A DNA stretch of 64,000 nucleotides from a phage. A program made the translations under genes and the position numbers. The stretch lies in sequence record PV808484.1; one strand, given 5' to 3'. Positions 28,117-37,496 of the stretch are shown here, one piece after another; the stretch's first letter is position 1, and each line of letters starts with the position of its first letter. The notes below the pieces were generated by a model, which was not told the origin of the DNA, made no database searches, and saw only the letters and a program-made list of their open reading frames with translations.

Positions 28117-28320
28117 TTAACTAGCAACCGTAACTTCCGAACTTTCTTCTTTCGTACTGTCTACGATATGCCTGGTGGCAATATACGAGACTTGCCAGTT
28201 ACCATCTGGTGTAGTCTCAATAAGTACCCTATCTACTTCGAGAAAATGCAAAAATTCAACCATCGCTCGCTTCGATAGGAATTGTTTTTTAACAGTCTCC
28301 TCAAAAGATTGAACTGCCAT
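28117..28320 (-). CDS. hypothetical protein
   Basis: ORF track. Confidence 0.4.
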   Translation of the reverse strand: MAVQSFEETVKKQFLSKRAMVEFLHFLEVDRVLIETTPDGNWQVSYIATRHIVDSTKEESSEVTVAS

Positions 28321-28329
28321 GTTTCCTCC

Positions 28330-28992
28330 TTATTTAATATTCAATTTTGCACAAAGACGTTGTACCGCTTTGGCATCGAACAAACTCCCACGAATAGTTC
28401 TCTTTCCTGATTCATTCAGATGCTTTGCAATCGTCATATATGGCGTTTTACAAGCTCTGTATGCAACTAAAGAATCTTTTAAAGAAAGCGCAAACTCTCT
28501 TGAGCGTTTTGCTTCTTCCGTTTTCGTATAATCTGTTCTTTTGTATTTAGGGTTTGCTGCACCAAGAAGCGTTCCCTTCGCTTTTGCTACCTTAAGGCTC
28601 TTCTTAACACGATCAGATATTGCACGAGCCTCTTCTTCTGCCAGAACTGCTAAAATATTTATTATCATATTTTCAGCGGAGGGCATAGTTGCTATTCGTA
28701 CATTAATCATCTCTAACAAGGTTGCAACAGAAGCTGTGTTACGTCCAAGACGGTCAACCTTAGCAACAACAAGTGTAGCACCTGTTTCTTTGCAAAGATT
28801 AACAGCTTTTACAAGCTCTCTACGTTGCTTCCAATCGCCTTTACCCGAATAAAACTCTGCAAAGCTACCTACAATAGTATAATTTTCTTGTGAATCCAGG
28901 AAGCGTTGAATATCTGCTTCCTGTGATTCTATACCATACTGGTTGCCTTGTTGTTTCTTCTTAGAAAGTCGATGATATAGTACAAACTTCAT
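28330..28992 (-). CDS. serine recombinase (resolvase/invertase family)
   Basis: N-terminal YHRLSKKKQ (catalytic Ser), VVAKVDRLGRN, SDRVKKSLKVAKAKG; C-terminal HTH-like tail. Confidence 0.75.
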   Translation of the reverse strand: MKFVLYHRLSKKKQQGNQYGIESQEADIQRFLDSQENYTIVGSFAEFYSGKGDWKQRRELVKAVNLCKETGATLVVAKVDRLGRNTASVATLLEMINVRIATMPSAENMIINILAVLAEEEARAISDRVKKSLKVAKAKGTLLGAANPKYKRTDYTKTEEAKRSREFALSLKDSLVAYRACKTPYMTIAKHLNESGKRTIRGSLFDAKAVQRLCAKLNIK

Positions 28993-29049
28993 AATACCCT
29001 CCTGTTCTGTTACAGGAAGTATGCACTACCTTAATGTTAAAGTCAACAG

Positions 29050-29253
29050 TTAAGTAGTGGTAATATCATCCTCTTGAATACCAGGGTCAACTTCTGCAAA
29101 GATAGCCTCTACAGGAATTTCTTCACCTGCTATTCTAGAAAGAAGCACTGAACCAATAGCTTTTGCGTGTTCTTCGGATTCCGCATAAACATTAGTTCCT
29201 GTGTCTTTTTTCTTAGTTTCGTTAAAATATACCAGATAGTAATTGTATGCCAT
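29050..29253 (-). CDS. hypothetical protein
   Basis: ORF track. Confidence 0.4.
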   Translation of the reverse strand: MAYNYYLVYFNETKKKDTGTNVYAESEEHAKAIGSVLLSRIAGEEIPVEAIFAEVDPGIQEDDITTT

Positions 29254-29504
29254 TATTCATCCCAATCGTTGTTACGAGCACTTTCAAGAACCTTGACAAC
29301 TTCTGCATACTCTACAGCTAAACCAGCACACACTTCAGCTTGTTTTGCAATTGCTTGTTTAAAGAACATAGCGATTGCAACACTCTGTGTTGTGTGAATG
29401 TTATCTGCTTTAGTTGATACATGAAGATCAAAATCTTCTTCATCAAAGGTGAGTTCCATAGTAACAATAAATTTCTCGGTCATAAAAATGCTCCTCTTAA
29501 ACAA
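29253..29504 (-). CDS. hypothetical protein
   Basis: ORF track. Confidence 0.4.
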   Translation of the reverse strand: MFKRSIFMTEKFIVTMELTFDEEDFDLHVSTKADNIHTTQSVAIAMFFKQAIAKQAEVCAGLAVEYAEVVKVLESARNNDWDE

Positions 29505-30006
29505 AATAGAAAGGTTGAGTTAAACCCAGCCTGTTTTTTGGGTCGTAGACGTACCAAGCATATGCTGTCTTATCAGTACCACCTGCAACAAAAGATGGTC
29601 GTTCAGAAAGAACAATCAAATTTGTTGGTGGATTCTGTTTATGGAATTCCCTTCGTTTAATAGACTCTAGGAACCCAAGACGCAACAAGTATATGCAAAC
29701 GTCTGCTTCTTTTAAGCTCTTTTGCAAGAACTCAAGTGCAAGTTTGAATGGGGGATTTGTGATTATAATATCCGGCTTAGTATGCCATTCGTGGTTAAAA
29801 TAATCTTTCCCTTCTTCTAACTCACAATATTCTGATCCTTCTGGAAAATGTTGATAAATTGCAGCAGCAGCGCCTTTACACGGTTCTGCAAAAATAAAAC
29901 CTTCTTCTTTAAGGTTATTAAAATCTATTACACTAAATAATGCATTTATACATTTTTGTGGAGTAGGATAGTAATCAGTTGGTGGACGATCATACTTATT
30001 TGCCAC
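29497..30006 (-). CDS. DNA N6-adenine methyltransferase (small phage Dam-like)
   Basis: YPTP, EPCKGAAA (AdoMet loop) and IITNPPF motifs. Confidence 0.6.
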   Translation of the reverse strand: MANKYDRPPTDYYPTPQKCINALFSVIDFNNLKEEGFIFAEPCKGAAAAIYQHFPEGSEYCELEEGKDYFNHEWHTKPDIIITNPPFKLALEFLQKSLKEADVCIYLLRLGFLESIKRREFHKQNPPTNLIVLSERPSFVAGGTDKTAYAWYVYDPKNRLGLTQPFYFV

Positions 30007-30424
30007 TACTTAAAATCTCCTCTTTTGTGATTTCAGGGTCTTCTTCAAAAACCATAATATCTCTTAAGAACGTTAATTCTTCCATAGATACTGGTATTGT
30101 ATCTTCTTCTGTTTTTCGTTTACATAAATCGTCAAGAAAGTTTTTAAAGTTTTCTGACAAGTCGTAAAATTTCAACAGTTGATAATCACAGGAGGAGATC
30201 CTATCTAGTTCTAACATTCTTTCTAAGATATTTTCTGTGTTGCCGTACAACACACGAACTTCTCCGAAAGGGTTGACTAAATATTGTGAAGTTCTGAACC
30301 ATCCCTTTTTAGATACAGTGTAACGCTGTTCTGCTAAACTTTCAATAAAATTTTTAGCTCTTTTACAGTTTTGTTCTAAAGAGTAGTAGGCTTTTTCTAC
30401 AAAGTTTACAGGTACTGGTAACAT
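29996..30424 (-). CDS. hypothetical protein
   Basis: ORF track. Confidence 0.45.
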   Translation of the reverse strand: MLPVPVNFVEKAYYSLEQNCKRAKNFIESLAEQRYTVSKKGWFRTSQYLVNPFGEVRVLYGNTENILERMLELDRISSCDYQLLKFYDLSENFKNFLDDLCKRKTEEDTIPVSMEELTFLRDIMVFEEDPEITKEEILSSGK

Positions 30425-30429
30425 ATCTC

Positions 30430-30458
30430 CTCCTAATAACCCCCCTTGAGGGGGTTTA
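30430..30458 (-). terminator. terminator hairpin CCCCCCTTGAGGGGG
   Basis: read directly. Confidence 0.5.
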
Positions 30459-30465
30459 TACTAGA

Positions 30466-31119
30466 TTAATTATCAGAGGACACTTTATCAAGTTTTTCAG
30501 AGACTGTCAATACTTTTTCTTGTGATTCTTTCATTTCTGCTAAAATACTTTCAGCTTCATCACTATCAGGATCACCAGTCAACAGCATACTAATTAGTTG
30601 CTCCTTGCTGAAGTTCAGAATATCTTCCGCTGTTAACTCCAGTTGTTCTTCGATCTCTTCGATAAAAGTTTCACCGCCTGAAAAAGCATCTCGCAGTTTT
30701 GCAACTTCCATCGCTTCTTCTGGGGTTGCCCCAGCGTCTAAAGCTGCTAAAGCAAAATCTGCCCCACTACCCACAGCATAATAATCTTCAGTTAAAGGAT
30801 ATGCTCGCGTTGGATTATTACCCTCGTGCATATAAATTTTACCGTCTGGGTGAACAACCAATGCCACAAACTCTTCATCTTCTTTATCAGGATCTGACTG
30901 GATCACCAAACCTGGGATTGTCTCTTGTGCTGCTTGGCATTGTAAGTTTTGTTCGAACCAAGAAAAGAAAGTCAGGATAGAAGACAGACGTCCTGCACCA
31001 CCAACAAGGTAATCCCCAATTTTACGCACTTTCTTGAAATTTAAAGTGTCTACACGACTACCTACTGTTACCTTACCGTCAGACAGAATTTTGTTACGTG
31101 TTGCAATAATTGTTGTCAT
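30466..31119 (-). CDS. HslV/proteasome beta-subunit-like N-terminal-nucleophile peptidase with acidic C-terminal extension
   Basis: MTTIIATR (Thr2), KKVRKIGDYLVGGAG and YAVGSGADFALAA align with the HslV N-terminus, Gly-rich loop and GSG block. Confidence 0.6.
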   Translation of the reverse strand: MTTIIATRNKILSDGKVTVGSRVDTLNFKKVRKIGDYLVGGAGRLSSILTFFSWFEQNLQCQAAQETIPGLVIQSDPDKEDEEFVALVVHPDGKIYMHEGNNPTRAYPLTEDYYAVGSGADFALAALDAGATPEEAMEVAKLRDAFSGGETFIEEIEEQLELTAEDILNFSKEQLISMLLTGDPDSDEAESILAEMKESQEKVLTVSEKLDKVSSDN

Positions 31120-31610
31120 TATACTTCCTCCTGTAGTGTTTTAAGGACTGCTTTACCACCGCTTACATATTTACGGAGGTAATCAATAGCTCTTAGTGTT
31201 TCTTTATCCACAAGAATTTTATTAGTTCTTGTTAGTGGATGATTTAGTAAATCACTGCAATTTCTTACTAACATAGATTTCTTGTGAAAGATACTGCTAA
31301 GAAAAAGAAGTTTAGAATCTTCTTCATCAATCAGGAGTAATTCTGAATTAGACCCAGCTATATTTATTATACACTCAAACAAGCCTTCTTGACTATCAGA
31401 TAATTCCTGGTAATATTTAGTTAGCCAATCCTCGCCTTTTAACCAACTAAAAAACATCTGAACTTTTTGCAAAGTTGTCATGTTCTCTAAACGAAGAGAT
31501 ATTTCTTTTTCAATCTTGTCAATATAAATCTGTCTAAACTCATTCGGCTTAACTAAGCCAGCTTGATAGCATTCATCAATACCATTGCGATCAATCTCAA
31601 TTAGCGTCAT
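31119..31610 (-). CDS. hypothetical protein
   Basis: ORF track. Confidence 0.45.
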   Translation of the reverse strand: MTLIEIDRNGIDECYQAGLVKPNEFRQIYIDKIEKEISLRLENMTTLQKVQMFFSWLKGEDWLTKYYQELSDSQEGLFECIINIAGSNSELLLIDEEDSKLLFLSSIFHKKSMLVRNCSDLLNHPLTRTNKILVDKETLRAIDYLRKYVSGGKAVLKTLQEEV

Positions 31611-31646
31611 TTAACCTCCATAACAGGCATCCTTGCCTTGTAATTA

Positions 31647-32399
31647 TTAATATACTTCCGTGATGAACTGAGACAAACGGGAACGTTGGTTATCAGCAGT
31701 TGTCATTTCAACATAACCAATAAAATCCACAATAGCTTCCCTTTCTCCTTCTTCGTTAATAGGAACAACACGATCTAACAAATCACCTAACCCGTTAGCT
31801 CTTCGTTTAATTGCATATGTTTGATTAACATCGCCCATAATGACAATACGTGTATTAAGACCTGCTCGCTCAAGGAGAAGTTTTACTGTATTTGGTGACA
31901 TAAGTTGAACTTCATCAATAAGAATAATGCTGTTATCCCACGTAGCACCTAGTGCATAGTTTGGAATATTAAGTTCAATTTTGCCACTTGCAATATCGTT
32001 TTCCAATTTATTTGCAGTCATAAACTGTTGGAAAATTCTTTTAGTTGATTCGTAGTGTGCTGCTAGTTTATCAGTTTTATCTCCAGATAAGAAACCAATT
32101 TGATCATCACCTACTTCTGTCGGGTTTTTAAGGAAAATCAACTTTCTGAAATCACCAGCTTTAAGCATTTGCAATGCTTTCCATAGTGCTGTTGTCGTTT
32201 TTCCTGTTCCTGCTGGGGCATTAACAATGGTTAAATCATTCCAAACCATGCTTCTTACAATAGCTTCTTGATTCCCAATAGGGGTAAATTCATCAAGACG
32301 GTAATCATCATTTCCTACTGCTTTAGCCGCATAACGACTGGCACGTTTGTCATCATTGGCTGCTGATTGACGACGAGCCTTTGCGGTTTTATTTCCCAT
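31647..32399 (-). CDS. phoH: PhoH-like ATPase
   Basis: Walker A GTGKTTTAL and overall PhoH-like layout. Confidence 0.8.
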   Translation of the reverse strand: MGNKTAKARRQSAANDDKRASRYAAKAVGNDDYRLDEFTPIGNQEAIVRSMVWNDLTIVNAPAGTGKTTTALWKALQMLKAGDFRKLIFLKNPTEVGDDQIGFLSGDKTDKLAAHYESTKRIFQQFMTANKLENDIASGKIELNIPNYALGATWDNSIILIDEVQLMSPNTVKLLLERAGLNTRIVIMGDVNQTYAIKRRANGLGDLLDRVVPINEEGEREAIVDFIGYVEMTTADNQRSRLSQFITEVY

Positions 32400-32416
32400 G
32401 TTTGCACTCCTTATAA

Positions 32417-32434
32417 AAGGGGCTTTCGCCCCTT
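32417..32434 (-). terminator. terminator hairpin GGGGCTTTCGCCCC
   Basis: recurrent element. Confidence 0.5.
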
Positions 32435-32437
32435 TGT

Positions 32438-32938
32438 TTAGTTATAAGCGTCTAATGTTCCAGTTTTAAGTACCTGAATTACACGCTCTGCGCGATTAGG
32501 CGTTTGGCGATACCATTTACTTTTACGTAAATTTATAGAGGCTTGAGTATAATATGAATTACTCACTAAAGTCAAGCTATTTTTGAAAGATTCTGCACCT
32601 TTCAATCCCATTTGAAATACCATATTAATAATAGCCATTTTACGATTAGGACTTACTTTATCGTAAATAGGAGATAATATGGTACTTGAATGGATTTGTT
32701 GTATCGCTTTCTTTACGTCACTCTCAAAGATTTTTCTAGCTTCCGCTTCAGTAATAACTCCATTGGTTTTTCTACCTACTAAGTTATCAAGAATGCGTAT
32801 AGCTTCTGCTTTATCTTTGCGTTTTGTCAGAAGGTGTCCAATACCAACTGTCCAATACCCTTCGGTATCAGGATATACAGTTAGCTTTAGTCCTTCATCA
32901 AAACGTAACATATCAAACACATCAACTACCTTAGCCAT
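32438..32938 (-). CDS. T4-type lysozyme (endolysin)
   Basis: N-terminus MLRFDEGLKLTVYPDTEGYWTVGIGHLLT matches the T4 lysozyme catalytic Glu/Asp/Thr block; C-terminal KSKWYRQTPNRAERV. Confidence 0.9.
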   Translation of the reverse strand: MAKVVDVFDMLRFDEGLKLTVYPDTEGYWTVGIGHLLTKRKDKAEAIRILDNLVGRKTNGVITEAEARKIFESDVKKAIQQIHSSTILSPIYDKVSPNRKMAIINMVFQMGLKGAESFKNSLTLVSNSYYTQASINLRKSKWYRQTPNRAERVIQVLKTGTLDAYN

Positions 32939-32950
32939 GTTTTCCTTATA

Positions 32951-33094
32951 TCAGTCGCCCTCCCCATGATCTAGCTCTTGAAACAGTAGGTGTTCAGGAG
33001 ACATTTCACGTTTAGGCTTCGTCTTTTTAGTTTGGGACTTAAGCTCTGTTGCCAAAGCACGAGAAAAGATCTTACGTTTCTGTTTACCTTTCAT
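32951..33094 (-). CDS. small basic protein (47 aa)
   Basis: ATG 33094 to stop 32951; Lys/Arg-rich; below ORF-track cutoff. Confidence 0.25.
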   Translation of the reverse strand: MKGKQKRKIFSRALATELKSQTKKTKPKREMSPEHLLFQELDHGEGD

Positions 33095-33098
33095 ATTG

Positions 33099-33365
33099 TT
33101 ACTCCGCAATCTGAGCCATGAATTCACGTAGTTCAGAAAAACCTCCTACGTGGGTTAGCTGTTCACCATCTTCCACAAAAATCTGAGGAAATGTGCGTGG
33201 TAGAACACCTGTTTTCTCTAAAACCAGATTCTGAATCTGATCTAAAGAATAGTCTTCATCTAAGGTAAGGTATTTAAAATCCTGTTCACGCTGTTCTAGT
33301 AGAATCTTAGCGTTAGTGCAGAAAGGACAATTTGGTTTACCGTAGATAATAAAATTCATTTTCAC
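33099..33365 (-). CDS. glutaredoxin/NrdH-like redoxin
   Basis: N-terminal IYGKPNCPFC active site; next to the nrd genes. Confidence 0.8.
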   Translation of the reverse strand: MKMNFIIYGKPNCPFCTNAKILLEQREQDFKYLTLDEDYSLDQIQNLVLEKTGVLPRTFPQIFVEDGEQLTHVGGFSELREFMAQIAE

Positions 33366-34192
33366 TCCTTGTTTAAAAGTATAGTTAAAGTTCTTACAAT
33401 ACCGCTATCAACACTTCGCGGATTTAAAGTAGGATCTGTTTTTAAATAAGATGTTGCTGGTCTGACTGCTTTGGAATTATAGGTTGAAGCAGACACAGGA
33501 TTAACTGTAACAGATAAATCTATAACAAGAAATATCTTTCGTGCAAAATCATACCAAGAAATATAATCTGCACCTGCATAGTGTACAATTTTACTATTTA
33601 CACCATCTTTTACAAGTTTAAAAATTGTTTCTGCAAGATCAGGTGCATAAGTAGGACATGATAAATGATCACATACTACATTAAATTCTTTTTGACCACC
33701 GTTGTAGCGTTCCAACATAGTTTTCAAAAAGTTATGTCCAAATTCACTATAAACAGAAGCTGTTCTGATAATAAGTGCTGTAGGACAAACTGTTTGTACT
33801 AAAGTTTCACCTAATTGTTTACTGTAACCGTAGGTGTTCAAGGGGTTTGTTTTACTATCTTCTGTGCCAGCAACATGCCCATCAAAAACATAGTCTGTTG
33901 AAATATGTACAAACTGTATCAGTAAATCATTACATGCTTTGGCAATGTTTGTTGCACCGTATGCATTAACATTTATACAGGTGTTAACATCTTCTTCAGC
34001 TTTATCTACTGCCGTGTAAGCCGCACAATTCACAACAACATCAGGCACATGCTGTACAAGACTATTCATAACATCTTTAAAGTTGGTAATGTCTATATCA
34101 CTTGCTTCAATCAAAACAACATCTTCTGGTGCAACTTTTGCCAAAGATTGTCCTAATTGACCTTTTGATCCAAAGACTAAAAATTTTGTCAA
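33362..34192 (-). CDS. rmlD: dTDP-4-dehydrorhamnose reductase
   Basis: VFGSKGQLGQSL N-terminal Rossmann motif, VNCAAYTAVDKAEED, STDYVF, YGYSK; last gene of the rml operon. Confidence 0.85.
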   Translation of the reverse strand: MTKFLVFGSKGQLGQSLAKVAPEDVVLIEASDIDITNFKDVMNSLVQHVPDVVVNCAAYTAVDKAEEDVNTCINVNAYGATNIAKACNDLLIQFVHISTDYVFDGHVAGTEDSKTNPLNTYGYSKQLGETLVQTVCPTALIIRTASVYSEFGHNFLKTMLERYNGGQKEFNVVCDHLSCPTYAPDLAETIFKLVKDGVNSKIVHYAGADYISWYDFARKIFLVIDLSVTVNPVSASTYNSKAVRPATSYLKTDPTLNPRSVDSGIVRTLTILLNKE

Positions 34193-34743
34193 AGTATGAT
34201 CTCCTTTAGTGTTTTTGCTTCCTGATCTTTTTGTGACAAGATAGGTTTAAAATTAATATCATTAAAGATTAAATCAAAACCCCAATCTATATTGATATCT
34301 GGATCATTCCACGCAAGACTACATTCTGAAGTCGGATCGTAATATTCTGTACATTTATATTCAAAATCAGCAATATCGCTAATCACAACAAAGCCATGAG
34401 CGAAACCAGGAGGAATCCAAAATTGTGTTTTATTCTTTTCAGATAAGAGAACACCTACCCATTCTCCAAATGTTGGACTACCAACCCTAATATCTACAGC
34501 AACATCATAAACTTCACCACGAACACAGCGTACTAACTTCCCTTGTGGGTTTTTCTTTTGAAAATGAAGCCCACGTAGAACTCCTCGGATAGAACGTGAA
34601 TGGTTATCTTGGACAAAGTTTTGTTTACCTATGTATTGATCATATAAAGCCTGATTAAAACTTTCTAAGAAAAAGCCACGTTCATCTCCGTAAACGTCAG
34701 GTTGAATGATCAACAAATCTTCGATTTTTGTTGCTTGAATCAT
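34189..34743 (-). CDS. rmlC: dTDP-4-dehydrorhamnose 3,5-epimerase
   Basis: DERGFFLESF, RGLHFQ and WIPPGFAHGF cupin motifs. Confidence 0.85.
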   Translation of the reverse strand: MIQATKIEDLLIIQPDVYGDERGFFLESFNQALYDQYIGKQNFVQDNHSRSIRGVLRGLHFQKKNPQGKLVRCVRGEVYDVAVDIRVGSPTFGEWVGVLLSEKNKTQFWIPPGFAHGFVVISDIADFEYKCTEYYDPTSECSLAWNDPDINIDWGFDLIFNDINFKPILSQKDQEAKTLKEIIL

Positions 34744-34755
34744 TTAATTCCCCTT

Positions 34756-35625
34756 TTATTTTAATTTAAGTAAATACTTACCGTAGTCTGTTTTACTTAA
34801 AACCTCTCCAGAACTTTTTACAGAGTCTAAAGTAATCCATTCATTTTTAAAAGCAATCTCTTCCAGGCATGCAACCTTCATACCTTGTTGCTTCTCTATT
34901 GCATGAACAAATTGAGATGCTTCCATAAGACTTTCATGTGTTCCTGTATCCAGCCAAGTGAAACCTCTTCCTAGCTTACAGACACGTAAAGCCTTTTCTT
35001 TCCAGTACATCTCATTTATATCTGTGATCTCTAACTCCCCTCTAGCAGAAGGCTTAACGCTTTTAGCTTTCTGTATAACAGAATTATCGTAAAAGTACAA
35101 GCCTGTAATTGCATAGTTGCTTTTTGGTGCTTTTGGTTTTTCTTCAATACTTACTACTGTACCTTCAGAATCAAACTCAACAACACCAAATCTTTCAGGA
35201 TCATTTACGTGATACCCAAAAATATTAGCTCCACCATTCTTTTCAATATGTTCTCTAGCAGAATCTAAAATGCTACCAAAACTCTGACCAAAGAATAAAT
35301 TATCACCTAGAACAAGTGCTACAGAATCTTCACCAATAAAGCTCTCACCAATAATAAACGCTTCTGCTAAACCTTTTGGGCTGTCCTGTATTGCATACTG
35401 TAGGGAAACACCAAAAGAAGAACCATCACCTAGAAGATTTACAAAATTAATTTGATCTTCTGGTGTTGTAATTATTAGTATTTCCCTAATTCCAGAAAGC
35501 ATTAGGACAGAGAGTGGATAATAAATCATAGGTTTATCGTAAATTGGTAATAGTTGTTTACTAACCCCTTTAGTAACTGGGTAAAGTCTTGTCCCACTAC
35601 CACCCGCTAAGATAATACCTTTCAT
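34756..35625 (-). CDS. rmlA: glucose-1-phosphate thymidylyltransferase
   Basis: [39 protein letters not shown] is close to the enterobacterial RfbA N-terminus. Confidence 0.95.
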   Translation of the reverse strand: MKGIILAGGSGTRLYPVTKGVSKQLLPIYDKPMIYYPLSVLMLSGIREILIITTPEDQINFVNLLGDGSSFGVSLQYAIQDSPKGLAEAFIIGESFIGEDSVALVLGDNLFFGQSFGSILDSAREHIEKNGGANIFGYHVNDPERFGVVEFDSEGTVVSIEEKPKAPKSNYAITGLYFYDNSVIQKAKSVKPSARGELEITDINEMYWKEKALRVCKLGRGFTWLDTGTHESLMEASQFVHAIEKQQGMKVACLEEIAFKNEWITLDSVKSSGEVLSKTDYGKYLLKLK

Positions 35626-35633
35626 ACTCCTCC

Positions 35634-36623
35634 TTAAACTTTATTTTCCCACCACTCTTTGTTATCTACATACCAATCAATGGTTGAATAAAGTTTTTCT
35701 TCAAATGTGCCTTTAGCTTTCCACCCTAATTCCTTTTCAATCTTATAAGGATTCACTTCATATCTTAAATCATGCCCAGGTCTATCTGTAACCATCTCAA
35801 TGAGGCTACAAGCATCTGTTTCAGATGGATATACCGCATCCATATAATCACAAATCATATAGATTACATCAATATTAGTTCTAGGGTTTCTGCTCCCAAT
35901 ATTATATGTCTCTCCAGATTTGCCTTTAGTTACTACCAGGTGTAATGCTTCTGCGTGATCATCAACGTATAGCCAATCTCTTACTTGAAGACCATCGCCA
36001 TAAACAGGGATTGGTTTATTCATTAAGATATTTGTTATCGTCTTAGGTATTAGTTTTTCTGGATGATGATATGCTCCAAAATTATTTGAACAATTTGTTA
36101 TAACTGTCGGAATACCATAAGTACGATGCCACGCTCTTACCAAATGATCGCTTGCAGCTTTAGATGCAGCATATGGACTACTTGGTTTATAAGGATTCTG
36201 TTCTGTAAACGGATAATCCCCTTCTTCCATATCACCATACACTTCATCTGTTGAAATATGATGGAACATTTTAAGATTTGATTTATCTCCCATTAAACGA
36301 ACAGCTTCTAGAAGATTAAATGTTCCAACAATATTTGAATTTATAAAAACACTCGGTGATGCTATTGAATTATCTACGTGACTCTCTGCTGCAAGATGCA
36401 TTATATAATCTGGATTAACATCTGCCACAATCTTAGCAGTTAACTGCGCATTTGTCAAGTCAACACGACAAAACTTTACATTAGGTGTTTCTGATAAATT
36501 TCTAGGGTCTGAAGCGTAACCCCATTTATCTATAACGTAAATATCATTCTTAGTATTTTTAGCTAGGAAACGAACTACCGCACTTCCAATAAAGCCTAAA
36601 CCACCTGTTACTAAGTATTTCAT
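35634..36623 (-). CDS. rmlB: dTDP-glucose 4,6-dehydratase
   Basis: [19 protein letters not shown], catalytic [11 protein letters not shown] (YxxxK), ISTDEVYG. Confidence 0.9.
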   Translation of the reverse strand: MKYLVTGGLGFIGSAVVRFLAKNTKNDIYVIDKWGYASDPRNLSETPNVKFCRVDLTNAQLTAKIVADVNPDYIMHLAAESHVDNSIASPSVFINSNIVGTFNLLEAVRLMGDKSNLKMFHHISTDEVYGDMEEGDYPFTEQNPYKPSSPYAASKAASDHLVRAWHRTYGIPTVITNCSNNFGAYHHPEKLIPKTITNILMNKPIPVYGDGLQVRDWLYVDDHAEALHLVVTKGKSGETYNIGSRNPRTNIDVIYMICDYMDAVYPSETDACSLIEMVTDRPGHDLRYEVNPYKIEKELGWKAKGTFEEKLYSTIDWYVDNKEWWENKV

Positions 36624-36817
36624 TTAGTCTCCTTCCAATTATTACCTTCAGTAAAAATAATACCTTCATAAAACAACCATCTGGAACCTTTTTCAACAGG
36701 AACAGGAAGCTCTTCTTCAGTAAAGTTATAAACCTCTCTAGCATCTTCTAAAAGTGATGCAAATGTTTTTGGACTTACTGTTACGCGAGGAGCATTGATC
36801 AATTGATCTAGCATCAT
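36620..36817 (-). CDS. hypothetical protein
   Basis: start moved to internal Met with AAGGAGG RBS at 36821-36830. Confidence 0.4.
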   Translation of the reverse strand: MMLDQLINAPRVTVSPKTFASLLEDAREVYNFTEEELPVPVEKGSRWLFYEGIIFTEGNNWKETK

Positions 36818-36830
36818 TCTACTATCCTCC

Positions 36831-37157
36831 TTACCAAACGTGTTGAGAAATAATAGTTTCCGTTTCAATGTTATATTTTTCAAGAAGTTGTGCATAGGCT
36901 TCTTTTGCATTTTTATTTAGTTGCTCAAGATCTACAGCTACACTTCCTTCGCCACCTTCTAAATAAATGCCATATATGCAATAAGATTCATCAGCGTCAT
37001 AGAAAGGTGAGATACGGCTTAAATCAAGACCTTCTTGTAAGAACCAATTAAAATCTCCATCAAATTCTTCTTCAATTCTAGGATCTTCTCCTACAGCCTC
37101 TTCCCATTTATTAAAAGGTGCACCCTGTAACATACGCCATTCAGTGTCAACTCCCAT
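36831..37157 (-). CDS. hypothetical acidic protein
   Basis: ORF track. Confidence 0.45.
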   Translation of the reverse strand: MGVDTEWRMLQGAPFNKWEEAVGEDPRIEEEFDGDFNWFLQEGLDLSRISPFYDADESYCIYGIYLEGGEGSVAVDLEQLNKNAKEAYAQLLEKYNIETETIISQHVW

Positions 37158-37297
37158 TATCTTCCTCTTCTTCTTCCGTGTGAACGAAGCCTAAACCGTT
37201 ACAATTCCAACACGGAATAAATTGTTCCATACTAACAATAAAATTCCCAGTACCACCGCAGATAGGACAAATACTTACATCATCCATTATTAAAGCT
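37157..37297 (-). CDS. small zinc-ribbon protein (CPICGG...CWNC, 46 aa)
   Basis: manual translation; two CxxC pairs; below ORF-track cutoff. Confidence 0.3.
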
Positions 37298-37496
37298 CCT
37301 CAATCTTTTCTAACATCTGTTTTAACTCATTCTCTGTTAACAGAATTTCTGTGATACCATCATAAGTTTCTACCATCAGAGTAAAACATTTTTCTCCATC
37401 TGAACACACAAAAGCACCACCTTCATCTTCTGTTAAGTCAGAATTAATATCCACATCAACAAAATCAATCATCTTTTTCTCCTTTGATAATTTCAA
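37290..37496 (-). CDS. hypothetical protein
   Basis: ORF track. Confidence 0.4.
   Translation of the reverse strand: MKLSKEKKMIDFVDVDINSDLTEDEGGAFVCSDGEKCFTLMVETYDGITEILLTENELKQMLEKIEEL

Noticed and set aside
28330-28992. Interpreting the window as a prophage or integrative element because of the recombinase
   Set aside because: No integrase-type attachment architecture, repressor or host flanking genes are seen; the gene content is that of a virulent phage, so the recombinase alone does not support lysogeny.
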